Assembly: GCF_021246445.1 (NCBI RefSeq)
Contig: NZ_JAJQXW010000002.1
Coordinates: 248,001-312,000, forward strand
DNA: 64,000 nt
Source of the DNA: Rhabdothermincola salaria
GTDB lineage: Bacteria; Actinomycetota; Acidimicrobiia; Acidimicrobiales; Acidimicrobilacustridaceae
Reading direction: 5' to 3'
Shown here: positions 38,838 through 48,833 of the stretch, piece by piece
Numbering within the stretch: position 1 is the first letter of the stretch
Layout: every line of letters begins with the position of its first letter
Notes under the pieces: model-generated
Seen by the model: the letters and a program-made list of their open reading frames with translations, nothing else
What the model was told of the DNA's origin: nothing
The model's database searches: none
Made by a program: the position numbers and the translations under genes

Positions 38838-40466
38838 TCAGAGGTCTCGGGCGGGCCGGGACGCCACGTCACGGCCGGCGAGGAAGCCGAACACCAACCC
38901 GTTGCCGAGGGTGCCCCCGCCGCTCGGGTAGGCCCACCCGAACACGTTGGCGGCGGTGTTGCCTGCCGCGTAGAGCCCGCCCACCACCCCACTGCCGTTG
39001 CGCAGCACCCGACCGTGTCGGTCCAGCCGGGGGCCACCGTTGGTGCCGAGGGCGCCGGGGTGGATCTCGACCGCGTAGAACGGCGCCTCGGTGAGGGGCT
39101 TGACCCGACCGGGCGACATGAGGCCGTGCTGGTGGCGGCCGAAGTCCGGGTCGACGCCTTCTGCGGCGTGGGTGTTGTAGCGCTCCACCGTGGCCTCGAG
39201 CGCGTCCGGATCGAGACCGAGCTCCTCGGCCAGCTCGCGGATCGTGTCGGCCTTGACGACCCAGTCGGGATCGGGCTCACCCGGCATCATCGACAGGATG
39301 CGTTGGGCGTCGCGCACGGTGCGGTCGAAGATCTGGTAGCCGGGCCCGGCGTTGGGGAACTCCACCGACTCCGGGTCGTAGGCGCCGAACGCCTTCGGGA
39401 AGTCGTTGTAGGGCAGGGCCTCGTTGGCGAACCGACGGCCCTTGCGGTTCACGACGATCGACGCCGGGGCGCCCCGGCCCCACTCGAACTGGGGCACCTG
39501 CGCACCGTCGCGGGTGATCTCCGGGTCGAACATGACCGGGGTGCCCCAGTAGGAGTCCATGTTGCCCAACTGGGCCCCGGCGCCCATGGCCATCAGCAGC
39601 CCGTCGCCGGTGTTGCCGCCCGGGCTGAGGGGGTGCACGTCGTAGCCGACGTGGGCCCGGACCAGCGCCGGGTTCCACTCGAAGCCGCCGCAGGCCAGCA
39701 CCACCCCCTTGCGGGCGCCGATCCGCATCGGCGCACCGTCGTGGTCGACCACCACGCCGATCACGTCGCCGGCGTCGTCGGTCACCAACTGGCGGGCGGG
39801 CGTCTCGAGCAGCGTCTCCACGCCCCGCTCCAGCAGACCCTTGAAGAGCCGAGCGATCAGGGCCGCCCCCTTCGGCCGGATGTCCCGGGCCTCACGACGG
39901 CGCAGCTCCTCCTCGAGCTCGGGGGTCTGGGGAGAGAGGTCCTCGGCCAGCGTGGTCGCCGCCCCGAGCGACATGAGCGTGCCCCGCTTCACGATGCGGT
40001 CGGCCCACTCGGGGAGCTCCTCGCCCACCGGGTAGGGATCGGCCTCGACCGTGCGCCCCGGCATCATCTTCGTGCCGGGGAACTGCCAGGGCCAGTAGTA
40101 GTCGGGCAGGGGCTGGATGTGGGTGCTCAGCGGCGTGTGGTCCTCGAGGTAGCGCAGCACCTCGGGCGCGGTGTCGACGTACACCTCGAGCAGCTCGGGG
40201 TCGGGCACTCTCGGGCCGGCCACCCGACGGATGTAGGCGAGCGCCTCTTCACGGCTGTCGTCGACACCGGCCTCGGCCATCACGTGGTTGCCGGGAAGCC
40301 AGACCCCACCACCGGACACCGCTGTCGTGCCGCCCAGCATGGGGTTCTTCTCGACCAGGAGCACGTCGGCGCCCCCGTCGTGGGCCAGGGTGGCCGCGGT
40401 CAGCGCCGCGCCCCCCGTGCCCACGACCACGACGTCGACGATCCGATCCCACGTACCTGCGTCCAT
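38838..40466 (-). CDS. FAD-dependent oxidoreductase, 3-ketosteroid-delta1-dehydrogenase-like
   Basis: GGTTAVSGG, PDYY, GGFE, NTGDG, NEALPY, AYPSGGGTLG (KstD-type tyrosines appear retained). Confidence 0.85.
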   Translation of the reverse strand: MDAGTWDRIVDVVVVGTGGAALTAATLAHDGGADVLLVEKNPMLGGTTAVSGGGVWLPGNHVMAEAGVDDSREEALAYIRRVAGPRVPDPELLEVYVDTAPEVLRYLEDHTPLSTHIQPLPDYYWPWQFPGTKMMPGRTVEADPYPVGEELPEWADRIVKRGTLMSLGAATTLAEDLSPQTPELEEELRRREARDIRPKGAALIARLFKGLLERGVETLLETPARQLVTDDAGDVIGVVVDHDGAPMRIGARKGVVLACGGFEWNPALVRAHVGYDVHPLSPGGNTGDGLLMAMGAGAQLGNMDSYWGTPVMFDPEITRDGAQVPQFEWGRGAPASIVVNRKGRRFANEALPYNDFPKAFGAYDPESVEFPNAGPGYQIFDRTVRDAQRILSMMPGEPDPDWVVKADTIRELAEELGLDPDALEATVERYNTHAAEGVDPDFGRHQHGLMSPGRVKPLTEAPFYAVEIHPGALGTNGGPRLDRHGRVLRNGSGVVGGLYAAGNTAANVFGWAYPSGGGTLGNGLVFGFLAGRDVASRPARDL

Positions 40467-40562
40467 GCCTGACCCCCCGAGGTGGTGTGCTGCGAGCCCA
40501 TCATCGCCCGAGTGGACCGATCGGCGCTCCCGCGCCGGCGGCCCGCCCTCCGGTCGCCCTGG

Positions 40563-41321
40563 TCAGCCGAAGCCGCCGCCCCCGTCGGCCCAGAGCGTGG
40601 CGCCGTTGATGTAGGAGGCGGCGTCGGAGGCCAGGAACAGGCAGATCCCACCGATGTCGTCGGGGGTCCCCATGCGCCCCACGGGGATCTTGTCCTCGAT
40701 GGTGCGGCCCTGGTCGTCGGGCAGGAGGAGGTCGACCATGGCCTCGGTGCGCACCCAGCCCAGCGAGACGCAGTTGACCCGCACCGTGCGACCCCAGGCG
40801 GTGGCCAGCGAACGGGTCATGTGGTTCAGCCCGGCCTTGGCCGCGCCGTACGGGGCGAGCCCGCCGCCGGAGCCGCCGGGCATGGACGCCTGGCTGGAGA
40901 TGTTGATGATCGAACCGCCCGACTCCTGCGCCTCCATCACCTGGTAGGCCTTCTGGGCAAAGATCATCGGCGCGGTGAGGTTGAGCTCGACGATCGCCCG
41001 GATGAACCGCGGCGACACGGTGGCCGTGTCCGCCGGGGGCTGCCCACCGGCGTTGTTCACCAGCACGTCGAGACGCCCGAAGCGCTCGACGGCGGTGCGC
41101 ACCACCCGGTCGATCTGGTCGTCGTCGCGCACGTCGGCCGCCACGTGGACGGCGCGGGCCTGCTCGGACTCGTCGCGTGCGGCGGGCGCCACCTCGAACT
41201 CGCTGCGGGCGCAGGTGACCACCGATGCGCCGGCGTCGAGGAACGACCGGGCGATGCCCAGCCCCACCCCTTGGCTGCCGCCCGTCACGATCACGACCTT
41301 GCCCGCGTGCTCGCCGTCCAT
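40563..41321 (-). CDS. SDR family oxidoreductase
   Basis: TGGSQGVG, NNAGG, YGAAK. Confidence 0.92.
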   Translation of the reverse strand: MDGEHAGKVVIVTGGSQGVGLGIARSFLDAGASVVTCARSEFEVAPAARDESEQARAVHVAADVRDDDQIDRVVRTAVERFGRLDVLVNNAGGQPPADTATVSPRFIRAIVELNLTAPMIFAQKAYQVMEAQESGGSIINISSQASMPGGSGGGLAPYGAAKAGLNHMTRSLATAWGRTVRVNCVSLGWVRTEAMVDLLLPDDQGRTIEDKIPVGRMGTPDDIGGICLFLASDAASYINGATLWADGGGGFG

Positions 41322-41373
41322 CTCGCTCCCCCTCGTCGTCGAACGCACCCCCACGGGCGCTGTCAGCCAGAAA

Positions 41374-41388
41374 AGATAACATCGTTAC
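41374..41388. promoter_or_regulatory. Putative TetR operator AGATAACATCGTTAC
   Basis: TAAC-N3-GTTA dyad in a divergent promoter; 12/15 match to the site at 44779-44793. Confidence 0.6.
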
Positions 41389-41503
41389 GAAGGAGAGCGG
41401 CCGGGTGGACTGTCACCCATGCTGCCCCCGGTGCGACCGGAACCACGACGTGCTCGCTCCCGGCCTACGGTCTGCTCACCTGCCCGCCACAGAGAGGTGC
41501 TCC

Positions 41504-42298
41504 GTGTCGACCGTCGAGGTGCTCCCGCTCGAACCTCACATCACCATGATCCGCCTCAACCGGCCGGATCGCCTCAACGCCATCACCTTCGAGCTGGTGG
41601 CCGACCTCCACGACGCCCTCGACCGGGTCGCCGCCGACACCGACTGCAAGGTGGTGATCCTCACCGGCGCCGGTCGCGCCTTCTGCGCCGGCCTCGACCT
41701 CAAGGACTGGGGCACCCCGCCCGCACCGGGCGAGCACCCCCACATCAACGCCGGCATCGACGCCCAGACCTTCATGTCGAACCTCACCGTCCACATGCGC
41801 GACACCCCGCAGGTCATCATCGCCGCGGTGAACGGGCCTGCCTTCGGTGGCGGCCTGGCTCTGGCCTGCGCCGCCGACATCCGCCTCGCCGGCGCCTCCG
41901 CCCGCCTGTGCTCGGCGTTCATCCGCACCGGCCTGTCCGGCACCGACATCGGCATCACCTACCTGCTCCCCCGCCTGGTGGGCAACGCCCACGGCTTCGA
42001 CCTCATCCTGACCGGCCGCGACATCGATGCCGACGAGGCCCACCGCATGGGGCTGGTCTCGCGCGTCGCCGAGGACGGCGCGCTCCAGGACCTGGCCCTC
42101 GAGTACGCCCGCCAGATGGCCGGCTACACCGCCTCCGGCCTGCGCAGCACCAAGGACGTGCTGTGGCACAACACCGAAGCCCCGAGCCTGTCGGCCGCCC
42201 TCGCCCTCGAGATCCGCAACCAGAACCTGCTGCAGCACGCGCCCGACGTGAAGGCGTTCATGGCCTCCTACCGCCAGCGCACCACCGGGTCCGGTTGA
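41504..42298 (+). CDS. Enoyl-CoA hydratase/isomerase family protein
   Basis: LNRPDRLNA, FCAGLDL, GGGLALACAAD; GAGG RBS + GTG. Confidence 0.9.
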   Translation: MSTVEVLPLEPHITMIRLNRPDRLNAITFELVADLHDALDRVAADTDCKVVILTGAGRAFCAGLDLKDWGTPPAPGEHPHINAGIDAQTFMSNLTVHMRDTPQVIIAAVNGPAFGGGLALACAADIRLAGASARLCSAFIRTGLSGTDIGITYLLPRLVGNAHGFDLILTGRDIDADEAHRMGLVSRVAEDGALQDLALEYARQMAGYTASGLRSTKDVLWHNTEAPSLSAALALEIRNQNLLQHAPDVKAFMASYRQRTTGSG

Positions 42299-42310
42299 TC
42301 CCGGCCCGAG

Positions 42311-42982
42311 TCAGCGGCGGCTCCCCTTGCGTCGAGGCCTGGCCTCCACCTCGGCCGCCGGTAAGGTGAGGGAACGGCCGAAGCGGGCGGCCATGTCGGC
42401 CCAGCCCTTCCTCGTGCGGGGCTCGATCCCCACCGCCTCGAGGACGCCGAGGCCCACCTCGGCCGCCCACGTGTAGAGGACCGCGTCGCGCACGTCGACC
42501 GACGGGTCGATGCCCAGATCGTCGAGGTGCTCCTGGTAGCCGTCGATCCACCCCTGGAGGTGGCGCAGCTGCTCCTCCCGGAGCCGTTCGCGCGTCTCGT
42601 CGTCGGTGAGCGAGGCCGCCGCGCCCTGCACGATCAGCGCCCGCAGCTGGCGGCGTTCCGGGTAGCGCTGGGAGAGCCGCCGCAGGATCTCGACGTGCTC
42701 GGTCTGGCCCCCCGTGGCCCGGTAGGCGGACTCGAGCTCTCGCTGGGTCCGCAGACTGATGGCCTCGGCCAGCAGCTCGGCCTTGTTGCGGAAGTGGCCG
42801 TAGATCGCACCCGTCGTCAGCGACGCACTGCGAGCGACGTCCCTGATGGACGTCTGGAGGTACCCCTGGGTGGCGAAGAGCTCGGCGGCCAGCTCCACCA
42901 ACGCGGCACGGGTGGCGATCGCCTTGTCGCTCGTCCGCGGCGGACGCCGCGTGGGGGTCACCGGTCTCGAGGGCACGTCCAC
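42311..42982 (-). CDS. TetR family transcriptional regulator
   Basis: SIRDVARSASLTTGAIYGHFRNKAEL. Confidence 0.9.
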   Translation of the reverse strand: MDVPSRPVTPTRRPPRTSDKAIATRAALVELAAELFATQGYLQTSIRDVARSASLTTGAIYGHFRNKAELLAEAISLRTQRELESAYRATGGQTEHVEILRRLSQRYPERRQLRALIVQGAAASLTDDETRERLREEQLRHLQGWIDGYQEHLDDLGIDPSVDVRDAVLYTWAAEVGLGVLEAVGIEPRTRKGWADMAARFGRSLTLPAAEVEARPRRKGSRR

Positions 42983-43064
42983 ACCACCTGGGTCGGGGTC
43001 GGGTGCATTCTGCCGCAGGACCCGCGGGCCGGCGGCCGGCCGATCCGAGCCCGCCGTGCGGGTC

Positions 43065-43526
43065 TCAGCCGGCCTGGCGCCGGCGCTCGGCCAGCACGAT
43101 CGACTCCTGGGTGTCGAGGATGACGTTGAGCTCACCGATGCGCAGCTCCCCCTCCTCCACCCGCACCGTGCCGTCGACGATGGCCGTGGACAGCGGCGAG
43201 GGAGCACCCCCGACGATCTGGGTGACCCAGATGTAGGAGCGGAACGCGGCCTCGTCGTCCGAGGCGCTGGTCAGGTGCACGTTCTCGCCGTTGTGGCGCA
43301 GCGGGTGCGGGCTGTCGAGACGGTGCTGGGTCTGCCAGGCCAGCACGTCGGCGTGACCCGAGACGTCGGCGCGCACGAACTCCTCGTAGTCGGTCGTGCC
43401 GGTGTCGGTGCGACAGGTGAAGTGGGCGTCGGACGTGAACATGGCCGGCCACTCGTCGAACAGGGCGTTGTCGTACGCGAACCACCACTTCCCGAGCAGG
43501 TTCTGGACGTCGGCCGGCTGGATCAC
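43065..43526 (-). CDS. SnoaL-like/NTF2 family protein
   Basis: WWFAYDN..WPAMFTSDA, PLRHN; GGGGA RBS + GTG. Confidence 0.78.
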   Translation of the reverse strand: MIQPADVQNLLGKWWFAYDNALFDEWPAMFTSDAHFTCRTDTGTTDYEEFVRADVSGHADVLAWQTQHRLDSPHPLRHNGENVHLTSASDDEAAFRSYIWVTQIVGGAPSPLSTAIVDGTVRVEEGELRIGELNVILDTQESIVLAERRRQAG

Positions 43527-43647
43527 GTTGTTCCCCCTGGGGTGCTCCGCTCGGCCGGGAGGACGGGCGGGTGGATGGTGGCGGCGCTCACCGGACGGCG
43601 ACGCCGAAGTGAAGAGCAGGGCGGCTGCGCGACGCGCCCGTCCCCGG

Positions 43648-44703
43648 CTACGCGGCCGGGAACTCCAGCCACTCGGTGGCCGGCCCGATCGTGTAGGTCT
43701 CGACGAGGGCCTTGACGAAGTCCGTGTCGTCGAGCGGGTCGGACGGCTCGGCGATCTTCTTGCCCTTGCTGCGCATGTCGTCGACGAGCATGCCGACGGC
43801 CTTTTCGATGGTGAGGTCATCGGTGTGGTCCATCACCTTCTTCAGCTCGTCCATGTCCTCGTAGAGCTCCGAGCTCCAGTGCACGAGGAAGCGGAGGTCC
43901 GACGGCTGGTAGGTGTGGATCACCTCGTCGTCGGTGGTGATCTGCCACGCATCGACCTCGGGGTCCCAGCCCATCATCGAGCGATGCTTGAGGCCCTCCA
44001 CCGGTGGGGCGTCGAAGGGACCCACCGGGTCACCTCGGTGGAACATGAGCTCGTTCTGCACCACCAGGCCCTTGTTCCACAGCGGATGCTCGAGGACCTC
44101 GGGCGGCCCCAGCGGGCCCTCGGGCCAGTAGGTGAACGTGCCGTTCTCACCCACGTACCACCAGGTGATGACCTGGGCCATCTTCACCAGGTAGTCGGTG
44201 AACAACCCCGACTTGCCCATGACGTTCTGCAGCCACACCGGGGCGTTCTCGTAGCGCACGCCCCGGAAGGTGACGGCGTCGAGGTGCGCCGGCGGCGGGG
44301 CGGCCGCCGGGTACGGGCCGGTGATGTTGAACAGCATCATGGTGGGCTTGGCGTACTGGACGTTCCAGTAGTCCTTGACCAGCTCGATGAACTGCGGGTT
44401 GTAGAAGCAGTCGTGGACCTCGGGGTGGAAGCACACCGAGTTCTGCCCGTAGAAGCCACGGAACTGCGGGTTGGCGATGTCGTCGAGGGTGAGACCGTGG
44501 CCCTCGGGCACCACCCCGGTGACGGTGGCGATGAGCTCCTCGACCGTCTTGAAGTGGTGGGCCTGGATGGTCGGCCAGGGGCCCTTCTGCTTCACCACGT
44601 CGAGCAGACGTCCGTACTGGTCGTCGGTGTACACGCCCTCCAGCAACCGCGGCGGCGCGATGGGCCGCAGCGCCTGGTTCATCTGGTCTTCGTAGGCCCC
44701 CAT
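43648..44703 (-). CDS. Conserved hypothetical protein, possible 2-His-1-carboxylate Fe(II) oxygenase
   Basis: AHLDA...NELMFHRG; strong GC3 bias; GGAGGG RBS. Confidence 0.75.
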   Translation of the reverse strand: MGAYEDQMNQALRPIAPPRLLEGVYTDDQYGRLLDVVKQKGPWPTIQAHHFKTVEELIATVTGVVPEGHGLTLDDIANPQFRGFYGQNSVCFHPEVHDCFYNPQFIELVKDYWNVQYAKPTMMLFNITGPYPAAAPPPAHLDAVTFRGVRYENAPVWLQNVMGKSGLFTDYLVKMAQVITWWYVGENGTFTYWPEGPLGPPEVLEHPLWNKGLVVQNELMFHRGDPVGPFDAPPVEGLKHRSMMGWDPEVDAWQITTDDEVIHTYQPSDLRFLVHWSSELYEDMDELKKVMDHTDDLTIEKAVGMLVDDMRSKGKKIAEPSDPLDDTDFVKALVETYTIGPATEWLEFPAA

Positions 44704-44778
44704 CGGTGTCCCCTCCCCGGCCGTCGGCCTGCGACGAGCCGGACGTCTCGTGGCGCCCCTCGGCGACTGCAAAAGAAT

Positions 44779-44793
44779 ATAGCGCTGTTATCT
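44779..44793. promoter_or_regulatory. Putative TetR operator (reverse complement AGATAACAGCGCTAT)
   Basis: AT-rich dyad in a divergent promoter matching the site at 41374. Confidence 0.6.
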
Positions 44794-44885
44794 CATTGCG
44801 CCTAGGGTGTCGCCACGCCGTGGGAGGTCACGGCCGGCGTGCCCGCCGACGGCGGGGCGACACAGGAACCGGGGGGTTTCGATCG

Positions 44886-46298
44886 ATGCGTAGGAACAGT
44901 TGGCGGCTGCTCGCCGTGCTGATGACGCTCGGCCTGGTGGCCGCCGCGTGCGGTGGAGGCGACCGGGCCGACGAGGGAGGGGACGACAGCTCCCCCTCGA
45001 CCTCGTCCGACGTGGTCGAGGACGGACCCAGCGGCGGCTTCGGCGACCTCGAGTCGCCGTGCGGTCCCGCCGAGGACGGCGTCGAGCTCACCGACCAGGG
45101 CGACTTCGTCACCGCCGAGACGATCACCATCGGCTACGGCGACGACGCCGGCTACCAGGCCGCCCCCGGCCTGAACGCCCAGATGTCCGACGCCGTCGTC
45201 GCCCTCATGGACTGGTGCAACGAGCAGGGCGGCATCAACGGTCGACAGGTCACGGGCGAGTACTACGACGCCAAGATCCTCGAAGCCAACAACGTCATGA
45301 TCGAGGCCTGCGACCAGGTCTTCATGCTGGTCGGCCAGGGCTGGGCCTTCGACGGTGCGGCCGAGCAGACCCGGGTGGGCTGCGGTCTGCCCCAGGTCCC
45401 CGGCTACACGGTGAGCGCCACCGCGGCCCACGGACCGCTGACCTACGTCGCCGTGCCCAACCCGGTCGACGTCACCCCGGCCGGACACCTCGCCCTCATG
45501 GCCGAGCAGTACCCCGACCGCGTCACCAAGGCCGCCGCGCTCTACGCCGACTACCCGGCCCAGATCGAGGTCATGGACAAGATCGAGGCGGTCGCCCCGG
45601 ACTACGGCTGGGAGTTCGTCCCCGACTGCGAGCAGACCTACCCGATCGGCGGCGTGGCCCAGTGGGCTCCGTACGTGCAGAAGCTGAAGGAGTGCGGCGC
45701 CGGCATCGTCTACTGGGTGGGCTCGCCGCTGCCCATGTTCCAGAACCTGCTCGAGGCCGCGGCCCAGGCCGACCTCGACATGGTGTACCTGAGCGACGCC
45801 AACCAGTACGAGGAGAACTTCGCCCTGGCCAACACCGCCGGCTACGCCGACACGGTCCACATGCGCATGGCGTTCACGCCCTTCGAGCAGGCCGACCAGA
45901 ACGAAGCCACCCAGCAGTACCTCGACTTGCTCGAGGCCAGCGGGGGCACGCCCTCGTTGCTCGGGGCGCAGGCGACCTCCGCCTTCCTCCTGTGGGCGAC
46001 CGCGGCGGACGCCTGCGGCGCCGAGCTCACCCGCCAGTGCGTGCTCGACGAGCTGGCCACCGTCACGGCGTGGACCGGCGGTGGGCTCCACGCCGAGAGC
46101 AACCCGGGCGAGAACATGCCGCCCGAGTGCGTCATGGTGCTCGGGATGGAGGGCACCAGCTTCGTGCAGGCCCTCCCCGAGGAGCAGGGCGAGTTCTCCT
46201 GCGACCCGTCCTACGTCGCCGAGGTCCAGGGCATCGACGCCCTCACCGCCGCCGACCTGGGACCCGACCGGATCTCCCAGGCCTTCACCACCGGCTGA
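44886..46298 (+). CDS. ABC transporter substrate-binding lipoprotein (type 1 PBP)
   Basis: Lipobox AAAC, WCNEQGGINGRQV. Confidence 0.87.
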   Translation: MRRNSWRLLAVLMTLGLVAAACGGGDRADEGGDDSSPSTSSDVVEDGPSGGFGDLESPCGPAEDGVELTDQGDFVTAETITIGYGDDAGYQAAPGLNAQMSDAVVALMDWCNEQGGINGRQVTGEYYDAKILEANNVMIEACDQVFMLVGQGWAFDGAAEQTRVGCGLPQVPGYTVSATAAHGPLTYVAVPNPVDVTPAGHLALMAEQYPDRVTKAAALYADYPAQIEVMDKIEAVAPDYGWEFVPDCEQTYPIGGVAQWAPYVQKLKECGAGIVYWVGSPLPMFQNLLEAAAQADLDMVYLSDANQYEENFALANTAGYADTVHMRMAFTPFEQADQNEATQQYLDLLEASGGTPSLLGAQATSAFLLWATAADACGAELTRQCVLDELATVTAWTGGGLHAESNPGENMPPECVMVLGMEGTSFVQALPEEQGEFSCDPSYVAEVQGIDALTAADLGPDRISQAFTTG

Positions 46299-46309
46299 GC
46301 CCTGAGGTC

Positions 46310-46357
46310 CCCCGGCCGGGTCCCGACGAGCAGCGCCCGTCGGGACCTGGACCGGGG
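46310..46357. terminator. GC-rich hairpin between convergent genes
   Basis: GGTCCCGACG/CGTCGGGACC perfect stem, extended by CCCCGG/CCGGGG. Confidence 0.55.
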
Positions 46358-46420
46358 CTCGGACCAGTGCTCGAGGGGGGGGCGGCGCCCCGCGCGGAGG
46401 GTGCCGACCGGGCCCGCCGA

Positions 46421-47998
46421 TCAGTCGTCGGCGTTCACCGGGACCTCGACGGGGGCCGACACCGGGGGGCGCGCCGGGATGACCAGGCGCACGACCACGG
46501 CACCGACGAGGATCACCGCGGCCCCCAAGCCCAGGGCCCAGCTCATGCCGTCGACGAACGACTGGCGGGCGGCGTCCACCACCCCGGCGCCGTCGGCACC
46601 GAGCTCGCCGGCCACCCGCAGCGCCTCGGAGAGCGAGGACGTCACCCGGTCGGTGAGGTCCGGGGGGAGGTCCGGCAGCGCGTCACGCACCGACGACGCG
46701 TAGAGGGTCGAGGCCAGGCTGCCGATCACGGCGACGCCGAGGGCCCCACCCAGTTCGCGGTTGGTGTCGTTCATCGCCGAGCCCACGCCCGCCTTCTCGT
46801 GGGGCAGCGAGGCCATGATGGTGGCGGTGGCCGGGGCCATGGTCAGCCCCATGCCGGTGGCCAGCACCACCAGGCAGGCAGCCAACAACGGATACGACGA
46901 CCCCACCCCGGCGGTGAGGGCCAGCAGCGCCATGCCCGTGCCGGCCGTGGCCATGCCGCCCGCCACCACTCGACGGGTACCGAAGCGGGCGGCGAGGTGG
47001 GCCGAGCTGGGGGCGGCCACCATCATGGCGACGGCGAAGGGCAACGTGCGGATGCCGGCCTGCAGGGCCGTGTAGTCACGCACCAGCTGCAGGTACTGGG
47101 TGAGCAGGAAGAAGAGCCCGAACATCCCGAAGAACATCATGGCGATGGCCAGGCTGCCCCCCGTGAAGCCACCGTTGCCGAACAGTCGCACGTCGAGCAT
47201 CGGGTGGTCGTGGCGCAGCTCCCACACCACGAACGCGGCCAGCAGCACGGCCGCCACGACGAAGGCGGCCAGGATGAGCGGGTCGGTCCAGCCGTAGACG
47301 GGGGCTTCGATCACGCCGTAGACCAGCGAGCCGATCATGCCCACCGACAGCAGGGCGCCGACCGGGTCGAGCGGCACCCGGTCGGGGTGGCGGGACCGGG
47401 GGACCAGCACGGCTCCCGCGAGGAGGGCCACGACCACCACGGGCACGTTGAGCCAGAAGACCGAGGGCCACGCGAAGTGCTCGAGGAGCCAGCCGCTGGT
47501 GACCGGGCCGACCGCACCGGCGGCACCCGCCACCCCGGCCCAGGCCCCGATGGCCTTGGCCCGCTCGTGGGGCGGGAAGACGTGGGTGAGGATCGACAGG
47601 GTGGCGGGCATCACGAACGCCGCCCCGAGCCCCATGATCGCCCGGGCCGCGATCACCCCATCGGCCGAGTCCGCCAACGTGGCCGAGAACGAACCGAGCC
47701 CGAACACGACGAGGCCACCGGTGAGGGCTCCCTTGCGCCCGAAGCGGTCGCCCAGGGAGCCGGCGGTGAAGAGGAGCCCGGCGAACACCAACGAGTAGGC
47801 GTCGACCATCCACTGCAGCTGCGACGCGGTGGCGGTCAAGGCGTCGGAGATCTCCGGCAGGGCGATGTTGAGCACGGTGTTGCCCATCACCACCATGAAC
47901 AGGCTGAGGCACAGCACCAAGAGGATGAGCCACCGGCGCGGATCGGCCTCCACGTCGCTCGCCCCGCCTGCTTCGCCGCCCACGCGTTCGGTCACCAT
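46421..47998 (-). CDS. DHA2 (EmrB/QacA) family MFS transporter
   Basis: LNIALP, WMVDAY, GSLGDRFGRK, WPSVFWLNVP; about 14 TM segments. Confidence 0.93.
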   Translation of the reverse strand: MVTERVGGEAGGASDVEADPRRWLILLVLCLSLFMVVMGNTVLNIALPEISDALTATASQLQWMVDAYSLVFAGLLFTAGSLGDRFGRKGALTGGLVVFGLGSFSATLADSADGVIAARAIMGLGAAFVMPATLSILTHVFPPHERAKAIGAWAGVAGAAGAVGPVTSGWLLEHFAWPSVFWLNVPVVVVALLAGAVLVPRSRHPDRVPLDPVGALLSVGMIGSLVYGVIEAPVYGWTDPLILAAFVVAAVLLAAFVVWELRHDHPMLDVRLFGNGGFTGGSLAIAMMFFGMFGLFFLLTQYLQLVRDYTALQAGIRTLPFAVAMMVAAPSSAHLAARFGTRRVVAGGMATAGTGMALLALTAGVGSSYPLLAACLVVLATGMGLTMAPATATIMASLPHEKAGVGSAMNDTNRELGGALGVAVIGSLASTLYASSVRDALPDLPPDLTDRVTSSLSEALRVAGELGADGAGVVDAARQSFVDGMSWALGLGAAVILVGAVVVRLVIPARPPVSAPVEVPVNADD

Positions 47999-48043
47999 CG
48001 GCGCCCAGTCTCGCCCGTCGACCGCCGAGATGCCTCGGTGATG

Positions 48044-48799
48044 TCACCGAAAACCGGCGATGCGCTCCTCGGTGTCGGCGATCGGATACCGGGCTGCGGC
48101 CTCGTAGGCCAGGCCGTCGGGCAGATCTCGTTCGTCGGCCACCCGGTAGAGGTCCTTGTAGGCCGCGAGCGCTCCCGGGCTGTTGGCGGCGATGGTGGCG
48201 GCCAGCTCGGCGACCGTGGCGTCGAGGTCGGCCCGGGGCACGACGCTGGCCGCCAGACCCCAGGCCCCCGCCTCGACCCCGGTGAACGTGCGGGCGGTGT
48301 AGGACAGCTGGCGCGCCCGGGCGGGGCCGACCAGGTGGGGGAGGCGCTGGCTCATGCCCCAGGTCGGGCGCAGGCCCCACTTGGCGTGGGTGTCACCGAA
48401 CACGGCCTCCTCGGCGGCCACGATGAGGTCGCAGCCGAGGGCGAGCTCCAACGCCCCGGTGAAGCAGTGGCCGTTGACGGCGGCGATCACGATCTGGGGC
48501 AGGCGCCGGATGCGTTCGATCACCCGTCGGGCGGGCACGTCGAGGACGTCGCCGACCATGCCCCCCTCGAGCGAACGTCCGCCGAGCGCCTTGAGGTCGA
48601 CACCGGCGCTGAACGCCCGGCCCTCCCCGGTGATCACCACCACCCTGGTGCCGTCGTCCTCGGCGATCGCCTCGAGGGCCAGGTCGAGCTCGGTGAGCAT
48701 CTCCGAGGTGATGGCGTTCAACGCCGCAGGGCGGTCGAGGACCAGGGTGGTGACCGGCTCGGCGCGCTCGACGCGCACGGTGGTGGTGTCGGTGCTCAT
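48044..48799 (-). CDS. Enoyl-CoA hydratase/isomerase family protein
   Basis: FSAGVDL, GALELALGCD, DTHAKWG. Confidence 0.92.
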   Translation of the reverse strand: MSTDTTTVRVERAEPVTTLVLDRPAALNAITSEMLTELDLALEAIAEDDGTRVVVITGEGRAFSAGVDLKALGGRSLEGGMVGDVLDVPARRVIERIRRLPQIVIAAVNGHCFTGALELALGCDLIVAAEEAVFGDTHAKWGLRPTWGMSQRLPHLVGPARARQLSYTARTFTGVEAGAWGLAASVVPRADLDATVAELAATIAANSPGALAAYKDLYRVADERDLPDGLAYEAAARYPIADTEERIAGFR

Positions 48800-48833
48800 C
48801 CGCGTCGTCTACCACAGCGCGCCACCACCGAGG

